35,114 bases of DNA from Candidatus Omnitrophota bacterium (GCA_028716065.1 JAQUQN010000004.1:1-35114); one strand, 5' to 3'; numbered from the stretch's first letter, positions 8,724 through 17,698 are shown. Numbers and translations: made by a program. Notes: generated by a model from the letters alone, not told the origin.

Positions 8724-9293
8724 ATGGTGAATAGAATAGCGGTAGTCATATTTTTGTTATGCATGGTCGTTCAATGCGCATTTTGCGCGACGGAAGAACC
8801 TATCGGTTCGATGTACCAGGACAAGATGCCGGTTAAGGTATATATCAAAGGATTTACGGATGAATCAGGTAATAAGCTGATAAGTTCCGAGTCTTTTAAG
8901 AAGGCGATCGAAGACGGCCTTCTGAACAGGAAGTCCATGACGTTCAAGATAGTCGATGATCCCGCCCAGAGTGCCATACAGATATCGGGCGTGATAAAGA
9001 GATATCAGTATCTCGAGCGCGGTCCCATCAAATTATCGGTCGGCGTAGGCACCCTCATCGCGGACGCCGCGGCTACCGCGACCATGAATTATGCGGACAT
9101 GGTAGTGGACTTTACCGTGACCGACACGAAGACGAATAAGGTGGTGTGGAATGACACCATAGAGTCATACATAAAGAAGATAATGACGCCCGAGCAGAGT
9201 GTCCCTTTCGTGTACGGCAAGATGACGAGAGAGTTTTTGTGGAAATGCCTGGGTAAGCCCAAGAAGGCGGGCCATACCTTCGACATGATTTGA
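8724..9293 (+). CDS. exported hypothetical protein (LptE/CsgG/DUF4410-like alpha/beta fold, tentative)
   Basis: Signal peptide and the pattern VYIKGF...FKKAIEDGL...ISGVIKRY...VDFTVTDTKTNKVVW. Confidence 0.6.
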   Translation: MVNRIAVVIFLLCMVVQCAFCATEEPIGSMYQDKMPVKVYIKGFTDESGNKLISSESFKKAIEDGLLNRKSMTFKIVDDPAQSAIQISGVIKRYQYLERGPIKLSVGVGTLIADAAATATMNYADMVVDFTVTDTKTNKVVWNDTIESYIKKIMTPEQSVPFVYGKMTREFLWKCLGKPKKAGHTFDMI

Positions 9294-9336
9294 TGTGCTG
9301 TTGCACCTGTAACATACCTCCAATTATCCAGCATCC

Positions 9337-9368
9337 ATAGTAGGGGACATTTAAATGTCCCCTACTAT
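9337..9368. repeat. 32-bp perfect palindrome, GTAG-type REP-like element (copy A)
   Basis: ATAGTAGGGGACATTT|AAATGTCCCCTACTAT is its own reverse complement. It is related to the palindrome at 19727-19756. Confidence 0.8.
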
Positions 9369-9425
9369 TTAAATCCCTCTTTTTATATCACTTGTTAGGA
9401 ATCAAAAAATCTACCTAACTTTCTC

Positions 9426-9453
9426 TTGACTTAACGCAATTATATGATATATT
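9426..9453 (+). promoter_or_regulatory. sigma70 promoter for the riboswitch/giant gene leader
   Basis: TTGACT-16 nt-TATATT with TG at the extended -10 position. The predicted start site falls just before the aptamer. Confidence 0.6.
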
Positions 9454-9465
9454 TATACTACAGTA

Positions 9466-9556
9466 TATATTCTAGATAAAGGCAAATCCGCCGTAAGGCG
9501 GAGACGCAACATTCCAGATCTAGCATAAGATAGATGGCTGAATTGCCTAGAATATG
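9466..9556 (+). ncRNA. c-di-GMP-I (GEMM-I) riboswitch aptamer
   Basis: P1 ATATTCTAG/CTAGAATAT (9467-9475 with 9547-9555), then AAAGGCAAA, P2 TCCGCC-GTAA-GGCGGA with a GNRA loop, GACGCAA, P3 ATTC-CAG-ATCTA/TAGAT-CTG-GAAT, and TGCC. The equivalents of Vc2 G20, A47 and C92 are retained. Confidence 0.9.
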
Positions 9557-9578
9557 ACTTTTTAGGTGGTTCAGCCAT
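9534..9578 (+). promoter_or_regulatory. riboswitch expression platform: alternative 17-bp hairpin
   Basis: ATGGCTGAATTGCCTAG (9534-9550) pairs end to end with TTAGGTGGTTCAGCCAT (9562-9578), using 4 G-U pairs. It is mutually exclusive with aptamer P1/P3. Confidence 0.75.
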
Positions 9579-12500
9579 ATATATTTATGCAGATAATATA
9601 TAAATCCTCAATATTTAACTGGAAATTCATAAAGAAGACCCTTGCGGCCGTTCTGGCAGGGGTCTTTTTGTTTACGAATACTTTTAGCTGGGCGCAGGAA
9701 GAGAAGCTGTTCCTTACTGGAATGGGGAATACTTCTTCTTCCGGCCCGGCTAATACCTCCAAACTGGCCCCTAAACTTTTCCTGGCCAATGCCGAAAAGC
9801 GCGCGGAATTGCAGGCAGCGTTGATATGCGACCTCATCGAAAAAAACGCTAATTACGGCAAAAAGATTGATGAGGTTAATCTGAGAGATCTTCTTTTGTG
9901 GAAAGGCGCTAAGGACAGGGCCTTCGACAATTGCACATTTCAAATTCTGCCTGGAGAGATAAGGATAAATATACCCCAAAGCAACCTTAGCGTCCGTTAT
10001 TACGATCCACAGGTAGTGGGTAATGCCCTTCCGCCTTATTCCGATGTCCGCGACCTTAAAACACGGCCGATCGGCCCCTCGCCGTTTGATCCCGCGAGAC
10101 TTCAGAGACAGATAATCTACAGGGTAAGAGCGCTGCCGGAACCGCGCTCCGAAGAGACGTCAAAATCGCCTAGCCGGATATTCAGCATGTTTAGCGATAT
10201 GAAGGAAAATCCCGGATCAGATTATAAGAACATGCTTGGGGTATTACTTGAAAAAGCAGCTCATCTTGACAGGCCATTTGTATTAGAAATAAGGGACGAG
10301 GAAGGTAACCTCAAGAAGATTTCGATATATAGAAAAAATCTTGAAGGTGATTATGACAGGGAAGATATAAAAACTAAAGATACGAAGTATTTCGACCTCC
10401 TTGCGACAGAGGGAGCCGTCGAAGTGGCCGAAGTCAGGTTATCGAAGGATAATCTGATAATCGGTGTTACCAAATTAAGTTATGAAACTGATTTTAATAG
10501 AGTCAACATCGAAATGCGGGATATAAGGATTACGAAAGTCTTGGACGAATTGAAAAAGAGGCTTCCGATGTATGCCGAATTTATCGACGATCAGTATGAA
10601 TTGGGTTATCTTGGATGTAAAGAGATGGTCTACAAGTATGACGGTATTAACTGCCGCTACCGGATTTTACTCCCTCATTTCATAGACGAAGCCTTTAGAA
10701 AAGTGCGGCAAAAGAGAGGCTACGCGGACAACACGAGAATGGTATTTTTGAAAGCAGGGGCGGAACCTTTGGCCGAAATCGCCAGGGTGATGGCCCGCAT
10801 CGACAAAGGACGGTTTCCAGAAAGCGCTATTTGTAGCGTCTGGGGCACGATGGGTAATTATAAAGCAGTTAAAGAGGGCCTTGCGGCGCACGACCCTACC
10901 CAGGCGGCCTATTTCCTGAAATATCTCCACGACCATGGAGTTCTCGGACCGAATATAAACAATATTTTGTTCGTAGATACAGACTCCAGGATCGGATCTC
11001 GCTATGGCATGGTCTCCAGGACAGGTCCCCCCATAGGTACGGAGCTTCTCATCTATCGTACCCTATTAAACAGGGATGCTGTCAACGAAGCAAATAAGCT
11101 TTTCGGAAGAGACGGGTATGAATTTTCATGTTGGAATGAGAAAAATGGCGTTCGTTCGGCAGAGATGTTTTACATGTACATCGATCCGGATACAGTGAAG
11201 TTACCGGAATTTGCTCTGGCAGCGGAGGGTATATCCGGCGATGAACAGAAGGAATATGATACAAGGATGAATGTATCTTCTTTCAACCACGGTATTGATC
11301 TGAAAATAACAAGAAACAGGATATCTATGCTATGGGCGAAGGTGGACGATGTGTCAAAAACCGAATCAGTCGACGAAGAGTTTATTCTTAAAGATGATGG
11401 TACGGCAGGGCTGCGCAGCAGGAAACCCTACCGGCAACCGAATATGGGTGTAAGGCTCGAGATACAGAATGTGCTCGAATATGCCGGCTTCGTGATGGGG
11501 ACGCTCGATTTTATGGAGGCGCAGGGCTTCGACGTCTCCGAAGAGGCCGAGAGATACTTCGCGGAACTTGGCAGAAAATTTGAAGAAATCAGCGGGAAGA
11601 ATAGAGATAATATCAGTTTATCCAAGATGCAAGAACCATCTGTACTGACGGCATCCGCATTCGAAGATACCACGAAGCCCGGCAGCCTGCATTTTCTCGG
11701 TAAGATACTGGGAATACGCTACACGAGTTATTTTCACGCGCCTGTCATAGAGGAACTCTTCAAGATAGGGGGGCCTTTGACGTTATCTGCGATAGTGGAA
11801 AGACTCCACCCCGGCTGGCCTGTCCTGAACACGCTTGTATTCACGACTTTCCTCGCGGTTTTTGGCGTCACCTACATAATTCTTCACACGCTCAATGAAA
11901 GAGCGCCTCCCGAAGAAGCTACCGGAATAAAAGATAAGCTGAAATTTTATTATAATGAACTCAAATCCATCCGCTCTAACATCAAAGCCCTCACCAGGGA
12001 ACAAAAACTGAATATATTCCGCGGCCCCTTCCTGATAGCAGTGTCCGGAATCATAATGTCCATGATATTCATAACAGATCCATCGATGACCCTAATGAGC
12101 AGCATGCTCGCCCACCTGGTCATAGATGTTGGGATCGAGCACTTTAAGAACAATGATAAAACGCCGCCCGAGCCGGGCACGGCGGCGTACCAGAAGAATC
12201 TTGAACGTTTGAGAAGCAACCTGATAAAAGATCCTGGGAGCGTATCAACACGTGACGCTATGCGGAGTATATTGTATGAAGCAGGCATCGGCGTGAGGGA
12301 GCAGGTTTCTGATAATTTGATATCCAATCTTATATATGTTACGAGAGAACTCCTGATAAACCCCATACAATCAGCCGCATTATTGAAAAGGAATATTAAG
12401 AGCAGTTATGGGGTTGAGATGGATCTGCAGGATGTAAGGGACATCTATATATTATTGAGACGTTTGAGCGTTATCCAGGACCTCCTGACATACGAATCGG

Positions 12501-15500
12501 CAAGGCCGAGAGCGCTGAGCGTATTCAGAGAATTTTTGGCGCTAGAACCGGCCAGGATCGAAAGGATATTGGGGGGTGAAATAACGCCGTTGGCCCTTGA
12601 GATCCACCCAAGCCCGCGATGCAACTTCAGGTGCGCCCACTGTTTCAACGCGACGGCGTTGCAAAGGACCGGTGAAGTAAAAATAAAATCTTTTGCGGCT
12701 GCGGTGAGTCCCGAAGAGAAAGAGAGGGCGCTCGGGCTTATAAGCCAATATATCGCCAGCGGCGTCGACAAAATATATCTGAGTGGCGGTGGAGAGCCGT
12801 TCATGGAAGACCTGCATTCTTATATCGACCATATAAGGAAAACCAGCCCCGACATATATGTTTCCATAAATACGAATGGCGAGCTTCTTACAGAGAGAGA
12901 TATCGCGTTATGCGTCGCGAAGGTCAACAGGCTCTTTTTCTCCATGGATGCCGCGACTTCGCGCACGTTGGGGCGTCTGAAAGGCATAGAAGACAGCGAG
13001 AGTGAGGCGCGGTTCTTCAGGATCGTGAGCAATATGCGCCGGGCCGTGGCGACGAGGGATCAGCAAAGGATTGAAGGGAAGACTTCTCTGAAGATTGGCA
13101 TGGGTTTTGTCGTGGGCGAGATCAACTGTGTGGAAACGGAACAGTTCTTAAAGCTCGCGAAGGATACTGGAGTCGATTTTGTCAATTTCACCGCCCGGTT
13201 AGGTAAGGGCGAGTATGATTCAAAGATCTTGGATACGATCGAAAATATCTACCGCAAGGTAAGGGCGGGCGAGTTCGGCGGCATAGCCGTATTTTTTGAC
13301 GATTCATTCTCGCAATATCTGATGCAGAAAGAATTACGCGAGTCGAATGACGTAACCGGCAGAGAAGCGATGCTAGCAAAAGGTATCTGTTCGGTGGCCT
13401 CCGGCCTTTTGACGCCTGCTTATGCCGCTGGCGCAGGCTTTGTGTTTAGCTGCATCACTAAAGCCCAACCGGCAAATTCGAGCGACCGCTACAAGCTGTT
13501 CAATACGCGGCAGGTTGCTTTACGAAGCGTCAAGGAACTTATGGAGGATAAAAAAGCCGATTTGAGAGCATTAGACCCGGCCGAATGCGAGTATTGCAGG
13601 AAAGCGGATAAGTATATTAATGAGATAATAACAGCTATTAGAGAGGATGCAAAAGATGGTTTGAAAGTGTCTGAACTTCCGATAATTTTCTACGAGGACT
13701 CTTATCTGCGAACGATGGGCATAGGAAAAGGGGGCAGAGTCGATTTAGCCGGCTCGCAAGGGCCCGCCTTGTATCATTTGCCAGGAACGAAAACGTCGAG
13801 TTCAGGTACCGGCCCTGCGCTCTTTGTTGATCCGGACGGCACGGTGCGCGAGCTCAGTCAAGATGAACATAAGGAACTTAATCCAAAGCTTGCTGAAATA
13901 GTCGGTGACTTCGACAATCCCAATAAAGGTGTTGAGAAATTATCTCTGGGAAAGACAGTAGAGCTCTGCGGTCAAACGCATATAGGCCCGGATAAGAATA
14001 GAGGTCCTCCTGTATCGGTATACGTCATCGATGACGAAAAGCTCCCTGAAAAGTTCCAAAACGGCCTCATAACTCATGCCGGCACATTCAAAGGCAAGGC
14101 ATATAACCTCTTCATCCCGCGTTCAGTATACAACGTACTTCTTATATTAACACCAGCAGAACTACAGATCTGGCGCAACCACGAAGTCGGCCATCTCCTC
14201 GATCGCACTGCCAATATCACGCCTACAGAAGAAGAAAAAGAAGTAGCGAAGAAGATATATGAAGCTGCTAGGAAAGCCCCCGCGCCGGCAACGGCCGCGC
14301 CGCAGAAGAGGATAAGTCCGCTGAATCTTGAGAAAATGCCGGCCGGAGAGCTTTTATCCGCTTTGGGTCTAAAGGATCCTCGCAGCATAGAGGGAGCCGA
14401 TATTATCGGTGAAACAGAGGAATATGGTTATACAAGGCAAAGGATTAGCGTAAGAGAACAACTAGACCTTATTCAGCCGCCACGGGGCATATCGATTTTA
14501 CAGCGGGAGCTGGCCAACCCCGATGTCCTAAGGATTAAAGAATTCGACCTTATCTATAACAAAGATGGCCATTTGATAGCAGTCTTTCCTGTCCTGGCTC
14601 CCGGCATGAAACCGTCTGCCGATGATTTAAAATATTTTGATTTCAGCTATTATTATTTCGAAATTCCCAGCGTTAAGGATTCGGATGCGCGGGCTAAATG
14701 GACAGGATTCGCCCGTTCAAGAGAGGCGGATGCATCGTTGATAGAGGATTATAAAACGAGGCATGGTCTTGACGGAATAGAGATGGTCGGAAAGCATCAA
14801 TCGCCGTATATTTATATCGGCGTCAAAGGTGATATGGAGAATGGATGGGATCCTACCGAGATAATAATCGATGACCCTGACAATATCTTCCTGCCGGAAC
14901 CCGAGGATGGCATGGAGCAGATAATAATACCAGTTTTCCCAACGGTCTATTCGCCGGCGCATTGGATGCACAAGGGCGGTGATAAGAGGTATTATGATAA
15001 ATTTTATGAGGGTTCTCAACTGGCAAAGGGCCAGGATATACTGATAATCGGACCGGGTACGGGATGTGACACATGGCTCGCGTGGCTTAAGACGCGGAAT
15101 AAGATGTTCGCAGTAGGATATAACCCGCTGGAAATAGCCAACCTGCGCGCAACCGCTGGAATAGCCGGCTTCGAAGTAGAAGCGGTGGTCGGTGATAATA
15201 TAATCGATGAAGAAGGAAGGCCCAGGTTCGGAGAGAGGAAATTCGACCGTGTCTCCTGGAACATGCCCGCTTATAATCAGATCTATGATGTCGAAAAGCC
15301 CGGTCAGGTTATAAGATCACTTAGCGAGGCATGGGACGGGGATAAGGGGGGCGTTATCCTAAGGCGTTTCGCGAAAGGCCTTCCCGAAGTATTGAAACGG
15401 GGTAGTGGAGCGTTGTCACGGATCTGGAATCAATCTACCTATAACCCGGATATCGACATGATCATGGAAACCGGCGGAGCGAGAAATACTACCGACAGGC

Positions 15501-16798
15501 CTCTTGAGGTTGAATGGAAGAATTCCGCCTATATTATAAAATTGAAAGGCAATATTCAGGAGAAGATTATATCTGCACAGGGTACAGTTTCCGGAGATAT
15601 TAATGCTATAAGAAAAATGTTGGGGATCGAAGGCGAAGAAGAGAAGATAGTGGAGGAAAGAGCGTATAGTAACGGTATATATTATCGGGATCTTATTTCT
15701 TTTACTGAAAATTCAATAATAACGACGACTCGTATCGAACCGGCCGGCATGTCAGGAATGACGACAGACGGGGAAGGGATAAGGTGTTTCTATGAACATG
15801 AGATCGAATGGATACCCGGCAAAACAAAAATAGTTTACCGCAGGACCAAGGTAACCAAAAAAGAGGAAGTGAGCGCGAAAGAGACAGTTCGTGAAGAATT
15901 TGTAACATGCGTGTACAAGGGGCCTGAAGCGAGGGTGAAGATAGGCCTGAAAGACGGCAAACCTTTCCTCGTCATGAATGATAACGCGTTAGAATATTTC
16001 AGGCAGAAGGGTTTCGATATCAGGCGTCGTGAGGATAAGCCTTATCTTGCCATGGGGTGCTGGGGCGCGGTCCCTGAAGATAGACAGATAGCATATGTAG
16101 ACAAAAACGAAACGCTGTTCAAAGAGATGCTCGGCGAAGGGAAAGAACCGGTTCTATTGAGGGTTCCGGTGCAGGGTCTTGAGGCGATGGCCGTCGAAAA
16201 TGCCAGAGACTTCCTGGAAGCGTTCCAGAAAGCGCCCAACGCATATGTGGAATTATTTTCCACAACCGGTAGCGGTGAGGTAAACGCTGCTGATTATCAG
16301 AAAAAATACGGCTTTGAGAAAAAGTCCTTGCCCGAAGGTTTCATGAGGACAAGAAAGAATACAATAACCCTATTTGCCGCGTCAAAAGACGAGAATATTG
16401 ATAAACCGAGCATTGATTCAAGGCTTGGGTCCATTGGCATGAAACAGGAAGATACGCTTCTTTCCCCGATAATCTTGGGGTGCGATGAGGCCGGCCTCGT
16501 TAGGGCGACCATTTTCGGGTTAAAGATGCTCGAAATATCAAAAACTAGGCAAAATAAAACCAGAGAGAAGCTTTTAGCCGAGGTGTTGATGGCCTTGCTC
16601 GACTATAAAAACGCCTGCGATCCCGGCACGCCTTTTGAATTCAGTCATAAAGAGGTAGAAGATATATTGGGCCTTATCGAAGGCAATATTAACAGGGTCG
16701 TTGCCGCGTTAAAGAAGTTGCTGCAGTTCCTGCCCGCAAAACCGATAGACGGCGCAGCCCTGATAAGGCACGCGATAAAGGTCATGACAGCCGCCTAA
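9566..16798 (+). CDS. giant (2410 aa) exported/membrane mosaic protein: signal peptide, CPBP-like TM segment, radical SAM, HExxH domain, class I SAM methyltransferase (likely start ATG 9587)
   Basis: Signal KKTLAAVLAGVFLFTNTFSWA; APVIEE/F..H/H...D TM motifs; CNFRCAHC (12620-12643) with LSGGGEP and TNG; HEVGH (14180-14194); ILIIGPGTG and FDRVSWNMP. Confidence 0.9.
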   Translation: MVQPYIFMQIIYKSSIFNWKFIKKTLAAVLAGVFLFTNTFSWAQEEKLFLTGMGNTSSSGPANTSKLAPKLFLANAEKRAELQAALICDLIEKNANYGKKIDEVNLRDLLLWKGAKDRAFDNCTFQILPGEIRINIPQSNLSVRYYDPQVVGNALPPYSDVRDLKTRPIGPSPFDPARLQRQIIYRVRALPEPRSEETSKSPSRIFSMFSDMKENPGSDYKNMLGVLLEKAAHLDRPFVLEIRDEEGNLKKISIYRKNLEGDYDREDIKTKDTKYFDLLATEGAVEVAEVRLSKDNLIIGVTKLSYETDFNRVNIEMRDIRITKVLDELKKRLPMYAEFIDDQYELGYLGCKEMVYKYDGINCRYRILLPHFIDEAFRKVRQKRGYADNTRMVFLKAGAEPLAEIARVMARIDKGRFPESAICSVWGTMGNYKAVKEGLAAHDPTQAAYFLKYLHDHGVLGPNINNILFVDTDSRIGSRYGMVSRTGPPIGTELLIYRTLLNRDAVNEANKLFGRDGYEFSCWNEKNGVRSAEMFYMYIDPDTVKLPEFALAAEGISGDEQKEYDTRMNVSSFNHGIDLKITRNRISMLWAKVDDVSKTESVDEEFILKDDGTAGLRSRKPYRQPNMGVRLEIQNVLEYAGFVMGTLDFMEAQGFDVSEEAERYFAELGRKFEEISGKNRDNISLSKMQEPSVLTASAFEDTTKPGSLHFLGKILGIRYTSYFHAPVIEELFKIGGPLTLSAIVERLHPGWPVLNTLVFTTFLAVFGVTYIILHTLNERAPPEEATGIKDKLKFYYNELKSIRSNIKALTREQKLNIFRGPFLIAVSGIIMSMIFITDPSMTLMSSMLAHLVIDVGIEHFKNNDKTPPEPGTAAYQKNLERLRSNLIKDPGSVSTRDAMRSILYEAGIGVREQVSDNLISNLIYVTRELLINPIQSAALLKRNIKSSYGVEMDLQDVRDIYILLRRLSVIQDLLTYESARPRALSVFREFLALEPARIERILGGEITPLALEIHPSPRCNFRCAHCFNATALQRTGEVKIKSFAAAVSPEEKERALGLISQYIASGVDKIYLSGGGEPFMEDLHSYIDHIRKTSPDIYVSINTNGELLTERDIALCVAKVNRLFFSMDAATSRTLGRLKGIEDSESEARFFRIVSNMRRAVATRDQQRIEGKTSLKIGMGFVVGEINCVETEQFLKLAKDTGVDFVNFTARLGKGEYDSKILDTIENIYRKVRAGEFGGIAVFFDDSFSQYLMQKELRESNDVTGREAMLAKGICSVASGLLTPAYAAGAGFVFSCITKAQPANSSDRYKLFNTRQVALRSVKELMEDKKADLRALDPAECEYCRKADKYINEIITAIREDAKDGLKVSELPIIFYEDSYLRTMGIGKGGRVDLAGSQGPALYHLPGTKTSSSGTGPALFVDPDGTVRELSQDEHKELNPKLAEIVGDFDNPNKGVEKLSLGKTVELCGQTHIGPDKNRGPPVSVYVIDDEKLPEKFQNGLITHAGTFKGKAYNLFIPRSVYNVLLILTPAELQIWRNHEVGHLLDRTANITPTEEEKEVAKKIYEAARKAPAPATAAPQKRISPLNLEKMPAGELLSALGLKDPRSIEGADIIGETEEYGYTRQRISVREQLDLIQPPRGISILQRELANPDVLRIKEFDLIYNKDGHLIAVFPVLAPGMKPSADDLKYFDFSYYYFEIPSVKDSDARAKWTGFARSREADASLIEDYKTRHGLDGIEMVGKHQSPYIYIGVKGDMENGWDPTEIIIDDPDNIFLPEPEDGMEQIIIPVFPTVYSPAHWMHKGGDKRYYDKFYEGSQLAKGQDILIIGPGTGCDTWLAWLKTRNKMFAVGYNPLEIANLRATAGIAGFEVEAVVGDNIIDEEGRPRFGERKFDRVSWNMPAYNQIYDVEKPGQVIRSLSEAWDGDKGGVILRRFAKGLPEVLKRGSGALSRIWNQSTYNPDIDMIMETGGARNTTDRPLEVEWKNSAYIIKLKGNIQEKIISAQGTVSGDINAIRKMLGIEGEEEKIVEERAYSNGIYYRDLISFTENSIITTTRIEPAGMSGMTTDGEGIRCFYEHEIEWIPGKTKIVYRRTKVTKKEEVSAKETVREEFVTCVYKGPEARVKIGLKDGKPFLVMNDNALEYFRQKGFDIRRREDKPYLAMGCWGAVPEDRQIAYVDKNETLFKEMLGEGKEPVLLRVPVQGLEAMAVENARDFLEAFQKAPNAYVELFSTTGSGEVNAADYQKKYGFEKKSLPEGFMRTRKNTITLFAASKDENIDKPSIDSRLGSIGMKQEDTLLSPIILGCDEAGLVRATIFGLKMLEISKTRQNKTREKLLAEVLMALLDYKNACDPGTPFEFSHKEVEDILGLIEGNINRVVAALKKLLQFLPAKPIDGAALIRHAIKVMTAA

Positions 16799-16817
16799 TA
16801 GTGAGGCATAATTTTGC

Positions 16818-16845
16818 TTGAATTCGACTAACTTTGTGGTATACT
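16818..16845 (+). promoter_or_regulatory. putative promoter (extended -10 TGgTATACT)
   Basis: TTGAAT-16 nt-TATACT upstream of ATG 16883. Confidence 0.45.
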
Positions 16846-16882
16846 CTTGTCTAAACGAATCCGAAGGGGGTGAGTCAGAATC

Positions 16883-17239
16883 ATGAAGAAAATCGTAATA
16901 GTAATATTAGCGTTGGCATTTGTAGCGGGTCTCTCTTACGCGGCGGAGAAGCAGCCTAAGGCCACCGAGCCGGTAGGGGCTGTCGTGGAGACGACGGGTG
17001 TATTCGTAGGTAAGATCGTAGGTGCGGCCGAGAGGGCCACCACCGGCAGCGATAAGATCACCGTTCAGAGCGATACGGGTGAGACGAGGGTATTTCCTTT
17101 TGACCAGACGGTAAAGGTCCTCGATACCTCGTTTCATGCCCTTACTTTGAATCAACTGAATCCTGGCGAAAAGGTGACGGTCGAATATTCAAAGACAGAC
17201 AAGGCGCAGAAGGCCAAGACGATAAAGGTAGCGAAGTAA
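16883..17239 (+). CDS. small secreted beta-rich protein (OB-fold/DUF5666-like, tentative)
   Basis: Classic signal peptide; FVGKIV...ITVQ...VLD...LNPGEKVTVEY pattern. Confidence 0.75.
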   Translation: MKKIVIVILALAFVAGLSYAAEKQPKATEPVGAVVETTGVFVGKIVGAAERATTGSDKITVQSDTGETRVFPFDQTVKVLDTSFHALTLNQLNPGEKVTVEYSKTDKAQKAKTIKVAK

Positions 17240-17260
17240 GCGTTCAAGATAATCATATAT

Positions 17261-17296
17261 AGCGGGGGCGGTTCATCTAACCGTCCCCGCTTTTTT
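17261..17296 (+). terminator. intrinsic terminator
   Basis: 13-bp stem AGCGGGGGCGGTT / AACCGTCCCCGCT, loop CATCT, followed by a T run. Confidence 0.85.
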
Positions 17297-17340
17297 AATT
17301 GGCTTCGGAAGGTTCTCATCTCAGGGGAAATTTTAGGGTC

Positions 17341-17370
17341 CCCGCCTTCGCCAAGGCTTCGGCGGGCAAG
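17341..17370. repeat. 30-bp hairpin module CCCGCCTTCGCCAAGGCTTCGGCGGGCAAG inserted into a TTTTAGGGTC^CTGCCACTCCCT site
   Basis: The same flanks without the module occur at 34830-34851. Confidence 0.7.
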
Positions 17371-17392
17371 CTGCCACTCCCTAAAATTTCTA

Positions 17393-17684
17393 CCCGTTCC
17401 CCAAGTAAAATATTTTGTGTCCTCAGGCGATGGCAGCATAAGATTTTTTCGCACTTTTTGTTGTAAGGCGGAACTTTTGTGGTAAGCCGGAGCGACTGTA
17501 TAAAAATGCGATACATTAAGGCGGTTTAGGCTTTATCATCGCATTTTTATCCACAGTCCCGTTACATGCCTAATGTAACGGGACGGCAAGCGGAGGCGGC
17601 CACAAAAGTAAACGCCTCACTTGGATAAAGTGCGAAAAAATCTTTAAGCCGCCTTTTGGTGCGGCACACAAAAATGATTTTACG
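17393..17684 (+). repeat. ~290-nt highly structured repeat, copy 1
   Basis: Direct repeat of 24721-25015. Stems: 18 bp (17440-57/17627-44), 10 bp (17473-82/17600-09), 13 bp (17500-12/17538-50), and side hairpin CCGTTACAT/ATGTAACGG. Confidence 0.9.
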
Positions 17685-17698
17685 ACCCGCTTTTTTAA

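Noticed and set aside
9466-9556. 3',3'-cGAMP-selective (GEMM-Ib) variant of the riboswitch
   Set aside because: The position equivalent to Vc2 nucleotide 20 is G, not A, which favours c-di-GMP.
17393-17684. 6S RNA, tmRNA, RNase P or SRP identity for the 290-nt element
   Set aside because: It has two near-identical dispersed copies, one flanked by a direct repeat. I recognise no conserved motifs of those RNAs. An Rfam scan is still needed.
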